Shown here: piece after piece, positions 51,212-64,000 of the stretch
Layout of the letters: each line of letters begins with the position of its first letter
Position numbering within the stretch: the first letter of the stretch is position 1
Assembly (NCBI RefSeq): GCF_902713615.1
Contig: NW_024055490.1
Coordinates: 591,262 to 655,261, forward strand
Direction of reading: 5' to 3'
Source of the DNA: Scyliorhinus canicula
Taxonomy: Eukaryota
Length of the DNA: 64,000 bases
Made by a program: the position numbers and the translations under genes
The notes under the pieces: model-generated
The model's database searches: none
What the model was told of the DNA's origin: nothing
Seen by the model: the letters and a program-made list of their open reading frames with translations, nothing else

Positions 51212-54200
51212 ATAGTAAGGTTCCCCCAGCACTGTATGGAGTGGACCAGGAGTGGAGCGATCAGAAAAAGTGGTTTTGGAGCAGCGGAGAGAGCGGGGGA
51301 GGAGAAGCAAGATGGCGGCGGGTGGAGATCAAGCAGCGTGGGCGCAGTGGTCGCGGGAGCAGCAGGAGTTCCTCAAAAACTGCTTTGCGGAGCTGAGAGC
51401 AGAAATACTGCCGCCAATGAAGGCGTCGATAGAAAAGCTGGTGGAGACCCAGAAGGCCCAAGGGGCGGCGATTCGAGAGGTGCGGCAGAAGACCTCAGAG
51501 AACAAGGACGAAATTTTGTGCCTGGCAGAGAAAGTGTACGAGGCGCTACACAAGAAGTGGCAGGAGAGGTTTGAGGACCTGGATAACAGGTCGAGGAGGA
51601 AGAATCTTCAGATTCTGGGTCTCCCTGAAGGAGTGGAGGGGTCTGATGCTGGGACATATGCAGTTACAATGCTCAACACGCTGATGGGCGTGGGAGCTTT
51701 CACGAGGCCCCTGGAGCTGGACGGGGCTCATCGAGTCCTGGCAAGGAGGCCATAAGCCAACGAGCCGCCAAGGGCTGTAGTGGTGAGGTTCCACCGCTTT
51801 ATGGACAGAGAGTTCGTCCTGAGATGGGCTAAGAAAGAATGGAGCAGCATGTGGGAGAACACAGAGATCCGTATTTACCAGGACTGGAGTGTGGAGGTGG
51901 CCAAGAAGAGGGCTGGCTTTAATCGTGCCAAGGTGGTTCTCCATCGGAAGGGAGTGAAGTTTGGAATGCTGCAGCCCGCGCGATTGTGGGTTATGCTTTA
52001 GGACTGTCACTAATATTTTGAGGCGCCAGATGAGGCGTGGACCTTTATTCAGACTGAAAAGCTGTACTCGAACTGAGGGTTTGTTGTGGGGGGTGTTCAC
52101 TGTATTGTGAGGGTGTTCTGCTGGTTTCGGGTTGAGAAGAGGGGACATAGGAAGGGGCGAGTGGTATGATGTGGGGGCTGTGTGAGAGTGTGGGCGCAGG
52201 TACTGTAGGGGCAAGTCCCCACTGATGGAGGGGGGTTGGAGGCCCGGGTTGGGGAGCTGGGGCGAGGGTCGCAGACAAAGGAGCTGCGCCATGGGGGCGG
52301 GGCCAGCTCGAATGGAAAGCGTGGGCTTTTTCCCAACGCTAAGGATGGGCGGGGCCTGGGGGAAAGGGCAGTGCTGGAGGAGAGTGCATATTGATCGGCA
52401 GGGGGAGGCGGGGGGATTCCCACTCTGGGGGGTTGTTGGAATGGCGGGAGGGGCCAGGGTCAGCAGGAGTCCGCTGACTTATGGGAGCAGAATGGGGGGA
52501 GCAAAATGGCTGGATAGTGGTCTGGCTGGGGGGGGGGGGGGGAACTGGGTTGCTGCTGTATTGGCCAAAGGGGAGCTGGAGGTAGAAGAGGGAGTCGGGG
52601 TGGGGGTCCGCTGACTGGGGGACTGGAGGGTGCGGGAGATGTGGGCACGTGGCTGGCCTAAAAAAGGGGATGGCTAGTCAACAAGGGGGGGCGACTAGCC
52701 CCCTGATCCAGCTGATAACATGGAATATGAGGGGCCTGAATGGGCCGGTCAAGAGGGCCCGTGTGTTCGCCCACTTAAAGGGACTGAAGGCAGACGTGGT
52801 CATGCTACAGGAGACACACTTGAACGTGGCAGATCAGGTTAGGCTGAGAAAGGGATGGGTAGGGCAAGTTTTTCACTCAGGGCTGGATGCGAAGAATAGA
52901 GGGGTTGCAATACTGGTGGGGAAACGGGTGTCGTTTCAGGCGATGAATATTGTGGATAATGGAGGTCGGGATGTGATGGTGAGTGGTAGGTTGCAGGGGA
53001 TGCGGGTGGTACTGGTGAACGTTTATGCCCCAAATTGGGATGATGCCGGATTTATGAAACGTATGTTGAGTCGGATCCTGGACCTGGAGGAAGGGAGCTT
53101 GATAATGGGAAGGCGGGGGGGGGGGGGGGGGGGGAGAACTTCAACACGGTGCTAGACCAAGCACTGGACCGTTCCAGGTCCAGGACGGGTAAGACGCTCA
53201 GGGGGTTTATGGACCAGATCGGGGGAGTGGATCTGTAGAGGTTTGCCAGGCCGGTGGCCAGAGAATTTTCTTTTTCTCCCACGTCCATAAAGCCTATTCC
53301 CGGATAGATTTCTTTATAATGAGTAGGGCACAATCCCGAAAGTGGAGGGAACGCAATATTCGGCTATAGCCATCTTGGACCACGCCCTGCATTGTGTGGA
53401 GCTGGAGTTGGGGGAGCAGAGGGACCAGGGCCCGTTATGGCCCCTCGATGCAGGACTGTTGGCAGATGAGGAGGTATGCGAGCGGATCCGGGGGGTATAT
53501 TCAAAGATACATGGAGGCCAACGGTAATGGGGAGGTGCAGGTGGGGGTAGTCTGGGAGGCTTTGAAGGCGGTGGTTAGGGGAGAGCTAAATTCCATTAGG
53601 GCCCATAGGGAGAAGAGAGAGAGGAGGGAGAGGGAGAGATTTGTGGGGGAGATATTAAGGGTGGACAGGAGCTATGCAGAGGCCCCCGAGGAGGGGTTGC
53701 TTAGGGAGCGATGAAACCTCCAAATGGAATTTGATCTATTGAGCACGGGAAAAGCAGAGGCGCAGTGGAGGAAAATGCAGGGGGCGGTATATGAGTATGG
53801 GGAGAAGGTGAGCCGATGCTGGCACATCAGCTTCATAGGAGGGAGGGAGATTGGTGGCATTAGAGACAGAGGGGGGAATACGGTGCAGAGTGTGGTGAGA
53901 ATAAACGAGGTCCTTAGTGACTTCTATGGGGATCTGTATAGGTCTGAGCCCCCGGAGGAGGGGAGGGGATATGGCGATTCTTGGATCAACTGAGGGTGGA
54001 GGAGGAGCAGGTGGCTGGTTTGGGGTGCTCATTGGGCTGGAGGAGCTGGTTAAGGGATTGGGGAGCATGCAGGCGGGGAAGGCTCCAGGACCGGACAGGT
54101 TCCCGGTTGAATTTTACAGAAAGTATGTGGACCTGCTGGGCCCGTTGCTGGTGAGAACTTTTAATGAGGCGAGGGAGGAGGGAACCCTGCCCCCGACAAT

Positions 54201-54296
54201 GTCCCGGGCACTGATCTCGCTGATTTTGAAGCGGGACAAGGATCCATTGCAATGTGGATCGTATAGGCCGATTTCGCTCCTCAATGTAGACGCCAC

Positions 54297-55039
54297 GGGC
54301 GCGATTCTCCGCACTCACGACGGGGCGGAGAATATCGGGCGGCGTAAATTTTTACAGCCACGCAGGTCCGACGCCCTCCCGCTATTCTCCCCCCCCCCCC
54401 CCCCAAGCCCGCCTCCCGACACGAATCGCTGCCCGCAGTTTTTTTACGGCGAGCAGCGATTCACCCCTGGCCGATGGGCCGATTTCCAAGGCCTTTACGA
54501 CCGTTTTTATGAACATAAAACACACCTGGTCTGACCGTTCGTAAAAAACGGCCGTAAAGTCCCGATCTGGGGAACCATGGCACCGATTGGCACGGCAGTA
54601 CCACGGCCCGTGCCAAGGGTGCCATGGGCCCGCGATCGGTGGGCACCGATCGTTGGCAGCGGGTACTTACCCCGCGCACTCTTTCTCCCTCCGCCGCCCC
54701 GCTGTATCCATTCGCGGGGCGGCTGAGGGCATACCGGCCCGCGCATGCGTGTGTTTCATGCATATGCGTGATGACGTCATCCGCGCATACGCGGGTTGGA
54801 GTCGTCCAATCCGCGCATGCACGGCTGACGTCATCTGATGCGTCAGCCGTCGCTATCTCTGGCTAGCGGGCTTAACGAAATTCATTAAGCCCGCCATGCC
54901 TGGAGTTCACGGCCGCGCGATGCTAGCCCCGACCGGGGAACAGAATCGGTTCCCAGTCGGGGGGGCGGAGGCTGGCGTCAAACCCGCCCGTTTTTGACGC
55001 CTGCTTCCCGAGTCTTCGTGACTCGGGAGAATCGCGCCC
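54297..55039. mobile_element. PIF/Harbinger-like MITE (743 bp) in L1-C ORF2
   Basis: Perfect 14-bp TIR GGGCGCGATTCTCC / GGAGAATCGCGCCC; 3-bp flanks CAC/TAC. Removing it restores the frame NVDATFLAK. Confidence 0.82.
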
Positions 55040-58000
55040 TACGTTTTTGGCGAAGGTTCCGGCTATGTGGATTGAGGACTGTGTCCCGGGGGTAATCCAT
55101 GAGGACCAGATGGGGTTTGTGAAGGGCAGGCAGTTAAATACGAATGTGCGGAGGCTCCTAAATGTGATCATGATGCCCTCGGTGGAGGGGGTAGCGGAGG
55201 TAGTGGCAGCCTATGGACACGGAGAAGGCCTTTGATCGGGTGGAGTGTAAGTATCTCTGGGAAGTGCTTCGGAGGTTTGGGTTCGGTGAAGGTTTCATAA
55301 GGTGGGTCAGTCTGTTATATAGGGCCCCAGTGGCGAGTGCGACTATGAACCGGCGGAGGTCGGAGTACTTTAGGTTGTGCCGCGGGCATGAAGCAGGGGT
55401 GTCCCTTATCCCCCTTGTTGTTTGCACTGGCAATTGAGCCACTGGCCATGACACTGAGGGAGTCTAGGAACTGGAGGGGATTGGTTCGGGGAGGGGAGGA
55501 ACACGGGTGTCATTATATGCTGATGACCTGCTGTTATATGTTGCAGACCCAGTGGAGGGGATGGTGGAGGTTATGCGGATCCTTGGGGAGTTTGGAGACT
55601 TTTCGGGTTATAAGCTCAATGTGGGGAAGCGTGAGCTCTTTGTGGTGCAGCCAGGGGACCAGGGAAGGGGGATAGACGTGTTACCGCTGAAGAGGGCGGA
55701 GAGGAGCTTTCGATACCTGGGGATCCAGGTAGCTAGGAACTTGGGGGCCCTGCATAAGCTCAATTTGGCACAGTTGGTGGAACAGATGGAGGAAGATTTC
55801 AAGAGATGGGATATGCTGCCACTCTCCCTTGCGGGTAGGGTGCAGTCGGTCAAGACGATGGTCCTCCCGAGGTTCCTGTTTGTGTTCTGGTGCCTGCCCA
55901 TCCTAATCCCCAAGGCTTTTTTTAAAACGGGTACGCAGGAGCATTATGGGATTCGTATGGGCGAATAAACACCCTGAGGGCTGATGAGGGTGTTTTTGGA
56001 GCATAGCAGGGACAGAGGGAGCTGACGCTGCCAAATCTATGTGGCTATTATTGGGCAGCTAATGTGGTGATGATCCGCAAGTGGGTAATGGAGGGAGAGG
56101 GGTGGTGTGGAAAAGGCTAGAGGTGGCGTCTTGTGTGGGTACGAGTCTGGGGGCGCTGGTGACGGCACCGTTGCCGCTCCTGCCGACAAGATACACCATG
56201 AGTCCGGTGGTGGCGGTGACTCTGAAGATCTGGGGGCAGTGGAGGTGGCATGGGGCGAGGTGGGGGCCTCGGTCTGGTCCCCGATACGAGAGAACCACAG
56301 GTTTGTTCCGGGTAGGATGGATAGGGGTTTCTGAGCTGGCATCGGGCATGGATTCAAAGAATGGGGGACCTATTCATCAATGGGACGTTTGCGAGCCTCG
56401 GGGCGCTAGAGGAGAAATTTGGGTTACCTCCCGAGAATGCTTTTAGGTCCATGCAAGTGAGTGCGTTTGTGAGACGGCAGGTGAGGGAATTTGCGCGGCA
56501 CCCAGCATGAAGGATTCAGGACAGGGTGATTTCGGGAATATGGGTTGGAGAAGGCAAGGTCTCGGTGATCTATCAGGAACTGCAGGAAGTGGAGGAGGCC
56601 TCGGTGGAGGAGTTAAAGGGCAAGTGGGGGGAGGAGCTGGATGAGGATATGTGGGCTGATGCCCTGAGTAGGGTTAATTCCTCCTTCTCTTGCACCAAGC
56701 TCAGCCTAATACAGTTCAAAGTTGTTCATAGGGCACACATGACGGGGGCGAGGATGAGAAGGTTTTTTGGGGTGGAGAACAGGTGTGGGTGTGCTCGGGG
56801 AGCCCAGCAAATCACACCCATATGTTCTGGACTTGCCCAGTGCTGGAGGGGCTTTGCGAGGACTATGTCCAAAGTGGTGAACACCCGGGTCAAGCTGGGG
56901 AATAGCATTATCTGGGGTATCGGACAAGCCGGGAGTGCAGGAGCCGAAGGAGGCCAGTGTTCTGGCCTTTGCGTCCCTGGTAGCCCGGCGGAGGATGCTA
57001 CTAATGTGGAGGGATGTGAAGCTCCCAAGCGTGGAAGCTTGGATTAACGATATGGCCGGGTTCATCAAGCTGGAAAGGATAAAGTTTGCCTTGCGAGGGT
57101 CAATGCAGGGGTTATCCAGGAGGTGGCAACCGTTCCTTGACTTTCTCGTGGAACGTTAGGTGGAGGACAATAGCAGCAGCAACGGGGGGGGGGGGGGGTG
57201 GTTTTTCTTTTTTGTTCAGATTAGAATGGGGCGTTTTCCTTACTGGCATGTTTATTTGTTAAATAGGGATTATTGTATTTTGTTGGAAATCCCATGTATA
57301 ATTTTTGCTTGTTTTGTGTTTTATTCCTTTTTCTGTTTGGAGTGGTTTGTTGAAAATTTGAATAAACATTTTTTTTAAAAAAACCATCCCCTGCAGGTTC
57401 CACTACAAGGCCACGCACTGTCCGAACTTGTCTGAGATCCAGTACTGGAGGAGCAGAAATTTCCTCTTTAAATATTGAGAAGAATTGAGAATTCCCTTGC
57501 CACTAACTCCATCCCTGTCCCTGCCAAATGTCTGAGGCAGAAGCAGCCTGTTCACAACGCTGGTGAAATATTGGGGCAGCAGGGTAGCATGGTGGTTAGC
57601 ATAAATGCTTCACAGCTCCAGGGTCCCAGGTTCGATTCCCAGCTGGGTCACTGTCTGTGTGGAGTCTGCACATCCTCCCCCTGTGTGCGTGGGTTTCCTC
57701 CGGGTGCTCCGGTTTCCTCCCACAGTCCAAAGATGTGCGGGTTAGGTGGATTGGCCATGCTAAATTGCCCGTAGTGTCCTAATAAAAGTAAGGTTAAGGG
57801 GGGGGTTGTTGGGTTACGGGTATAGGGTGGATACGTGGGTTTGAGTAGGGTGATCATGGCTCGGCACAACATTGAGGGCAGAAGGGCCTGTTCTGTGCTG
57901 TACTGTTCTATGTTCTATTTCACCCCTTTTGAGCTTCCGAACACATATCCACATCATCACCAAGATCATCTATTTCCACCTCAGCAACACAGCCTGACTC

Positions 58001-58699
58001 CGACTTGGTGTCTTTTTATCTGCTGCAGAAACCATCATTCAATCTTTTGTTACCTCTCGACCAATTTTTTCTAACGCATCCCCAGTCAGCCCTCAATGTT
58101 AAACAACCCTCCATCCCATCCAAAACTCTTGCGACCCATGTGTTTACTCAGAGTATTGTTTACCCATCCCCTGTGCTCACTGATCTACAAATGATTCCCT
58201 TCAGAAGCACCGAAAGTTGAAATTTCTCATTCTTCTATTGCCATAGTGTGATCATCCTGATCTCTGTAATCGCCCCCCCCCCCCCCCTTTCCTCCACCCC
58301 CCCCCCCCCCCCCCCCTCCATTCCTCCCCACCTCTTGGAGATCTCTGTCCTCATTAATTCCGGCCAGTACAGCATTCCTTATTTTCTGACGCTCCACCAT
58401 TTCTGGTCTTTTATCATTTGGCTGGCCACAAGCTCTGAAATTTCCACCCTAAAACTCTGCGATTCTATAACTTACTTTCCTCCAGTTAGATTGTCCTCTA
58501 AAGCTAACATCTCCTGTGGCTCAATGTCAATTGTTATTTTGTAAAGTTTCTCTGAAAAGTCTGAAAGTTTTATTCTGGTCAAGGCACAATATGAATTATT
58601 GTCACTGCCCTGGACATATATCATTGCTCTGCCTTATAAATACTCAGAGTGAAACAGTTTGATGGACATTCTGACACGAAGAAACATTTTTTTTAAGAT

Positions 58700-59118
58700 T
58701 GCCCCCATCAATGATGGCCACTGCGCCTGCGCTTTGCTGTTCCTGTCCGCCCCATAAGATGGCGGGGCGCGCATGCGCACTGCTGCGAGCAGCGCCGATT
58801 AAAATGGATAATGCGCGTGCGCATTGCTGTCAGTGCGCAACAAAGATGGCGGCCGCTTTGTCCTGTCAGAAAGCTGCAGTCCGCGCTCAGGTCACCGGGT
58901 CGCGGTAGGGTATTTTTCCAGGTTTCCTGTTTCTATAACATGTTTATAAAGTGTGTCCAATGATCCGGCTGATCTGTCCGACCTGCCATTCCCACCCTTT
59001 ACGGATTGTGGATCCGAGAAATTACCTTCGCGTCGCCATTAATCAGACCGCGCATGCGTCACTCAGCCCAGTCCCGCCCCCTCATTCACTCTGATTGGCT
59101 GGAGGACCAGCCGCTCCC
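58700..59118 (+). promoter_or_regulatory. CpG promoter-like region upstream of ZNF-F
   Basis: AAGATGGCGG at 58756 and 58843, GCGCATGCGC at 58769, and a half copy of the CCAAT/GC module at 59062-59118. Confidence 0.6.
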
Positions 59119-60260
59119 TTCATGGGTTGAATGAAGGTCAAGGCAATAGTTAAACAAAGAACAAAAATACCACAGCACAGGAACAAGCCCTTCGCCCTCC
59201 CAGCCTGCGCCGATCCAGATCCTTTATCTAGACCCGTCGCCTATTTTCCAAGGATCTACTTCCCTCTGTTGCCCGCCCTTTCATATATCTGTCTAGATGC
59301 ATCTTAAACGACGCTATCGTGCCCGCCTCTACCACCTCCGCTGGCAAAGCATTCCAGGCACCACCACCCTCTGCGTAAAAAAGCTTCCATCGCACATCTC
59401 CCTTAAACTTTCCCCCTCTCACCTTGAATCGTGACCCAAAAAGTTGGATTATTGAAAGACTTGATGGATACAATTTTTCGGGTTGCAGAATAAAAAATGA
59501 CATATTTCACTCCCCACAGGCTTGAGCTGCCTTTGAACTTCATCGAAGCCTCGACACTTTGTGTTGCTGCTGAAAAGTCCTGAATCCTCCCTCCTTCTGG
59601 TGCCAGGTGCCACCTCACCGTACCCGTCTCCAGGTCCTTCTGGCGATCTTTCATGTTGTGGAAGTGAATGATAACAGGTCTGGGATGAAAACTATCCCTC
59701 AGCCTCAGAGACAGGATATAATGTATCCTTTCTCATTTGAAACACCCAGCTTGAGAAAACATGGCAGCCGGTCCTCGAAGAACCTAATGGGAGCCTTACC
59801 CTCCACACCTTCTGACAGGCTGACCTCTCAGATTTTCTTTCTCCGACCCTCGGTTCTCCAAGTCCTCTAGGACCTCCGCCACGGCACTCGGCTGGTTTTC
59901 AAAGGATTGAATTCTTGCCTCTGTCGAGGAGGCATCTTGCTCCGGATCATCGAGCCTCGTCATGGCATTTTGTAGCTGGGCCTCATGAGCACACAGATAT
60001 TGAGTCAGCACACTCAGCCTCTGGTCAGTAACACGGATAATGTCGGCAGTCATCATTTTCAGCACCTCCCAGAGAGCTCCAGAGAGCGCGGGGTCGAGAG
60101 ACCTCCTGAGGGTCAGGCCGCCATGTTGTAAAAGCGGCTCCATCCCCACTGAATCTACCTGCGCTGCTTTATCAATGATTTCTTGACTTTTTCCGGCATA
60201 ATCTGACCAGACCAAACCTCCGATGTCTTCCAGGGACATCATAACAAATATTAATTCAAG
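59117..60260 (-). mobile_element. Degenerate L1 ORF1 remnant (paralog of 752-1740), split by a CR1 3' fragment at about 59153-59440
   Basis: Direct sequence similarity to 820-1740. Confidence 0.6.
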
Positions 60261-60789
60261 GATTATGTAGGTGAGTGCGAGGCAATCAGGGTAAGTGAGA
60301 AATTATAGTTGTGTGGTGCCAGAACCTGGATGTTGAGGGTTATGGGAACTGGTAGATAAATGGAGAGAAAGCTGAGATGAGGTAATTCTGTCCTGTACTG
60401 ACAGGGATAAATTTTGTTAAATGTTTTCACAGGATACTAGATGAGGAGGAATTACAGACAGAAATCTCAACGTCACGTCTCGATCTGATAGTTACTGGAT
60501 TCCCTGGAACCTCAATATCGTCGGCCTTTCAATCTAGAAGGAGAAATGTTTGCCCGAACTGTCAGCTAAAGATTTAAAACATCCGTGTGACTGAAAAAGC
60601 ACCGAGACCCACACAACACACACCCGAGTGAGTGTGTTCCACTGAACTTACTGTGGAAAGAGCTTTAACCAGTTACACAGCCTGAAAAACATAACATTCA
60701 CAGCGGGGAGAGGACCGTACCCGTGTCGTGTCTGTGGAAGAGGCTTCAACTGATTGTCCAGCCTGGAGAGACACGAGGAGACCCAAACC

Positions 60790-62024
60790 ATGGAGAAACC
60801 GTGGAAATGTGGGGACTGTGGGAAGGGATTCCGAGCCCCATCAGAGGTGGAAACTCATCGACGCATTCACACTGGGGAGAGGCCGTTCTCCTGCTCCCAG
60901 TGTGGGAAAGGATTTACTGAAGTATACATCCTGCAGACACACCAGCGAGTTCACACTGGGGAGAGGCCATTCACCTGCTCTCAGTGTGGGAAAGGATTTT
61001 GTGATTCGTCTAACCTATTGAGACACCAGCGAATTCACACTGGGGAGAGGCCATTCACATGCTCTCAGTGTGGGAAAGGATTTAATCAATTATCTACCCT
61101 ACAGAAAACACCAGCGAGTTCACACCGGGGAGAGACCGTTCTCCTGCCAGTGTGGGAAAGAATTTACTGAAGTATCCAGCCTGCAGTCACACGAGCGAGT
61201 TCACACCGGGGAAAGGCCATTCACCTGCTCTCAGTGTGGGAAAGGATTTTATAATTCGTCCCGCCTATTGAGACACCAGCGAATTCACACCGGGGAGAGG
61301 CCGTTCTCCTGCCAGTGTGGGAAAGGATTTACTCAATCATCCCACCTGCAGAAAACACCAGCGAGTTCACACTGGGGAGAGGCCGTTCACCTGCTCTCAG
61401 TGTGGGAAGGGATTCACTCAGTTATCTCGCTTGCAGTCACACCAGCGAGTTCACACCGGGGAGAGGCCATTCACCTGCTCCCAGTGTGGGAAAGGATTTT
61501 GTGATTCATCTCGCCTATTGAAACACCAGCTAATTCACACAGGGGAGAGGCCATTCACATGCTCTCAGTGTGGGAAAGGATTTACTGAACTGTGTAGTTT
61601 GGAGAAACACCAGCGAGTTCACACTGGGGAGAGGCCATTCACCTGCTCTCAGTGTGGGAAGGGATTCACTCAGTTATCTCACCTGCAGAGACATCAGCGA
61701 GTTCACACTGGGGAGAGGCCATTCACCTGCTCTCAGTGTGGGAAGGGATTCACTCAGTTATCCAACCTGCGGACACACCAGCGAGTTCACACTAGGGAGA
61801 GGCCATTCACCTGCTCTCAGTGTGGGAAGGGATTCACTCGGTTATCCAACCTGCAGAGACATCAGCGAGTTCACACTGGGGAGAGGCCATTCACCTGCTC
61901 TCAGTGTGGGAAGGGATTCACTCAGTTATCCAACCTGCGGACACACCAGCGAGTTCACACTGGGGAGACGCCGTCCACCTCTCGCTGTGAGACGGGATTG
62001 CCTGTTTCATCGCGCCTCCTGTGA
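60790..62024 (+). pseudogene. C2H2 ZNF-F, 14 fingers, two +1 frameshifts (pseudogene or assembly error); paralog of ZNF-A
   Basis: [15 protein letters not shown] start and [11 protein letters not shown] end shared with ZNF-A. Extra A in cagaaaacac near 61105 and 61352; C-Q-C (one codon lost) near 61146 and 61309. Confidence 0.8.
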
Positions 62025-62879
62025 CACCAACAATTTCACAATCGATTACAGAGGTTGGATTCTGCTGTTATTGTTTCTGCTCTACAGCCAGGACTGCATT
62101 TTGTTCCTTCTGACAGGTGGTCAGTGGGGATGGTCGGAGGGTTTCTTTCTGCTGGACTGGCTGGTCTCACCACTTTGCCTCCAGTGGGCTGATTCTCTTT
62201 GAGCCTTGTTGCTAATACCTGGCTTCAAATTGCACAAGGATCACAAAGTGAAAGGGTGTTTGGAAGTTAGAAGATGTTTAGTTTCCATTTCTGTTTCAAA
62301 CCCCACAAAGCATACCATGTTGCCATGGAGATGGACCCTGGTGGTTACCTGGTTCTTTTGTTTAATTTATGTGGGTGTTCCTCACACAAGAAACCTATCA
62401 GGGTTTGAGGCGCAAGTTGTCTGAGGTGGACTGGGAAACTGATTGGTACAGGGAATACCTAATATTTAAGGAATTATTACATATTTATCAGGGGGTCGGT
62501 TAGCTCAGTTGGCTGGACGGCTGGTTGGTGATGCAGAGCGAGGCCAACAGTGAGGATTCAACTCCCGTACTGGTTGACTCTATTCAGGAAGGCCCCACCT
62601 TCTCAAACAGGCCCCTTGCCTGAGGTGGCTGACCCTCAGGTTAAATCACCTCCAGTCAGCTCTCGCTCTCTGTCAAATGGGAGAGAAGCCTATGGTCCTC
62701 TGGGATTTTTGCGACTTTTATTTCACATTATTATGGGCCAGGGATTAGCGAACACCAAAGTTTGTTTTTCCTCTGGAAGGTAACTCAACAATTTATCCCA
62801 ATTTTTAAGAACATCCTCGTTTTACAATTTAATTTGAGTGATGTCAATTCAAAGTCATCTGGATTTGGTTCGTCACTTT

Positions 62880-64000
62880 GAGTTTAAATTATTAACACCT
62901 CCTCCTTTGCTCTCCCCTTTCAAAGTACCTTTTAAGCATATTCACATGACACACTCGGTGAGTTTTCCTTCTATCTGGCATTCTTACCACATAATTCACC
63001 TCACTTAATTTCCTTTCAATCTGATAAGGTCTACAAAACCTTGCTTTTAAAGGTTCACTTACCATTGGTAATAACACTAAAACTTTACCTCCACTGGCAA
63101 AACTACAAACTTTTGCTTTCTTGTCCGCTATCCATTTCATCACATTTTGTGCAACTTTGAATGTTGTCCAGCCAATCCCCCTGCTCTATTTAATCGTTCC
63201 CTAAAATTTGACACGTAATCCAATAGTGTAAGTTCCGACTGCTGACTCACCAAATTTTCCTTTATCAATTTAAGTGGTCCACTTACCTCATGACCAAAAA
63301 TTAGTTCAAAAGGACCTGAATTTGGTTGACTCATTAGGTGCATCCCTATTGCAAACAGTACGAATGGAATTCCTTTGTCCCAATGCTCTGGATAATCGTG
63401 ACAATAAGCCTCAACATTGTCTCTAATGTCTGATGCCACCTTTCTAATGCTCCCTGCGATTCTGGATGGTACACAGTTGATTTAAATTAGTTTTATTCCT
63501 AAGCTAGCCATAACTTCTTTGAATAACCTTAAGGTAAAATTTGATCCTTGATCCGATAGTATTTCTGTGGGTAGTCCATATTGAGTAAAGAATTTAAGTA
63601 ACTCCTCCACAATCTTTCTAGCTGTAATTTTACATACTGGAATGGCCCAGGCAACGTAATAGACACATCCATTATAGTTAAAAGATATTGATTCCCACTT
63701 TTCATTTTAGGAAGCGGTCCTACGCAATCAATTAAGACTCTTGTAAAAATGTTCCTCAAATGCTGGAATGGGTATTAAGGGCGCTGGTTTTATCACTGCT
63801 TGAGGTTACTCTATCAATTGGCATGTGTGACATGATCGACAAAATTTAACTTCATCTTTCTGCAGTCCAGGCCAATTAAAAGGTTTTGGTTTTTTAGCTT
63901 GAGTTTCCACACTCCCAAATAACCTCCCATTGGTACCTCATGTGCTACTCGCAACATCTCCTTTCTATACTCTACCGGCAATACCACTTGATGAACTTCT
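62880..64000 (-). mobile_element. Gypsy LTR retrotransposon integrase region, decayed, running off the window end
   Basis: LIDCVGPLPK.KSGNQYLLTIMD, WDKGIPFVLFA, PFELIFGHEV.GPL and the GPY/F-like RFCRPYQI..HVNMLKRY motifs. Confidence 0.85.

Larger units (their letters stand above)
50644..57402 (+). mobile_element. Full-length but decayed L1 (L1-C) with nested insertions
   Basis: 5' ggacttccggtt, ORF1 about 51252-52075, ORF2 about 52669-57159 (EN, YADD near 55517, WQPFLDFLVER*), 3' UTR with AATAAA and A tail. Many frameshifts. Confidence 0.92.

Overview
Eukaryotic, repeat-dense window; the SINE/CR1 repertoire and the T-cell receptor V genes suggest a shark or other elasmobranch (inference). 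Most of it is a cluster of KRAB-less C2H2 zinc-finger genes and pseudogenes: 6 arrays plus 3 small remnants, built by direct segmental duplications, with related CpG promoter modules upstream of several of them. Between them lie decayed L1, CR1, L2, RTE, Penelope and Gypsy elements, many tRNA-derived SINEs, two hAT-type MITEs with perfect 8-bp TSDs, a Harbinger-like MITE and a solo LTR. In the middle (about 28.6-34.9 kb) is an island with no ZNF arrays. It holds a small tRNA cluster, including a tRNA-Pro(TGG) with an 18-nt intron at the canonical 37/38 site. It also holds three tandem TCR alpha/delta-type V gene segments: two with intact leader, V exon and 23-RSS, and one pseudogene. I found no D, J or C segment anywhere in the window. 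All calls were made by eye; no database searches were run.
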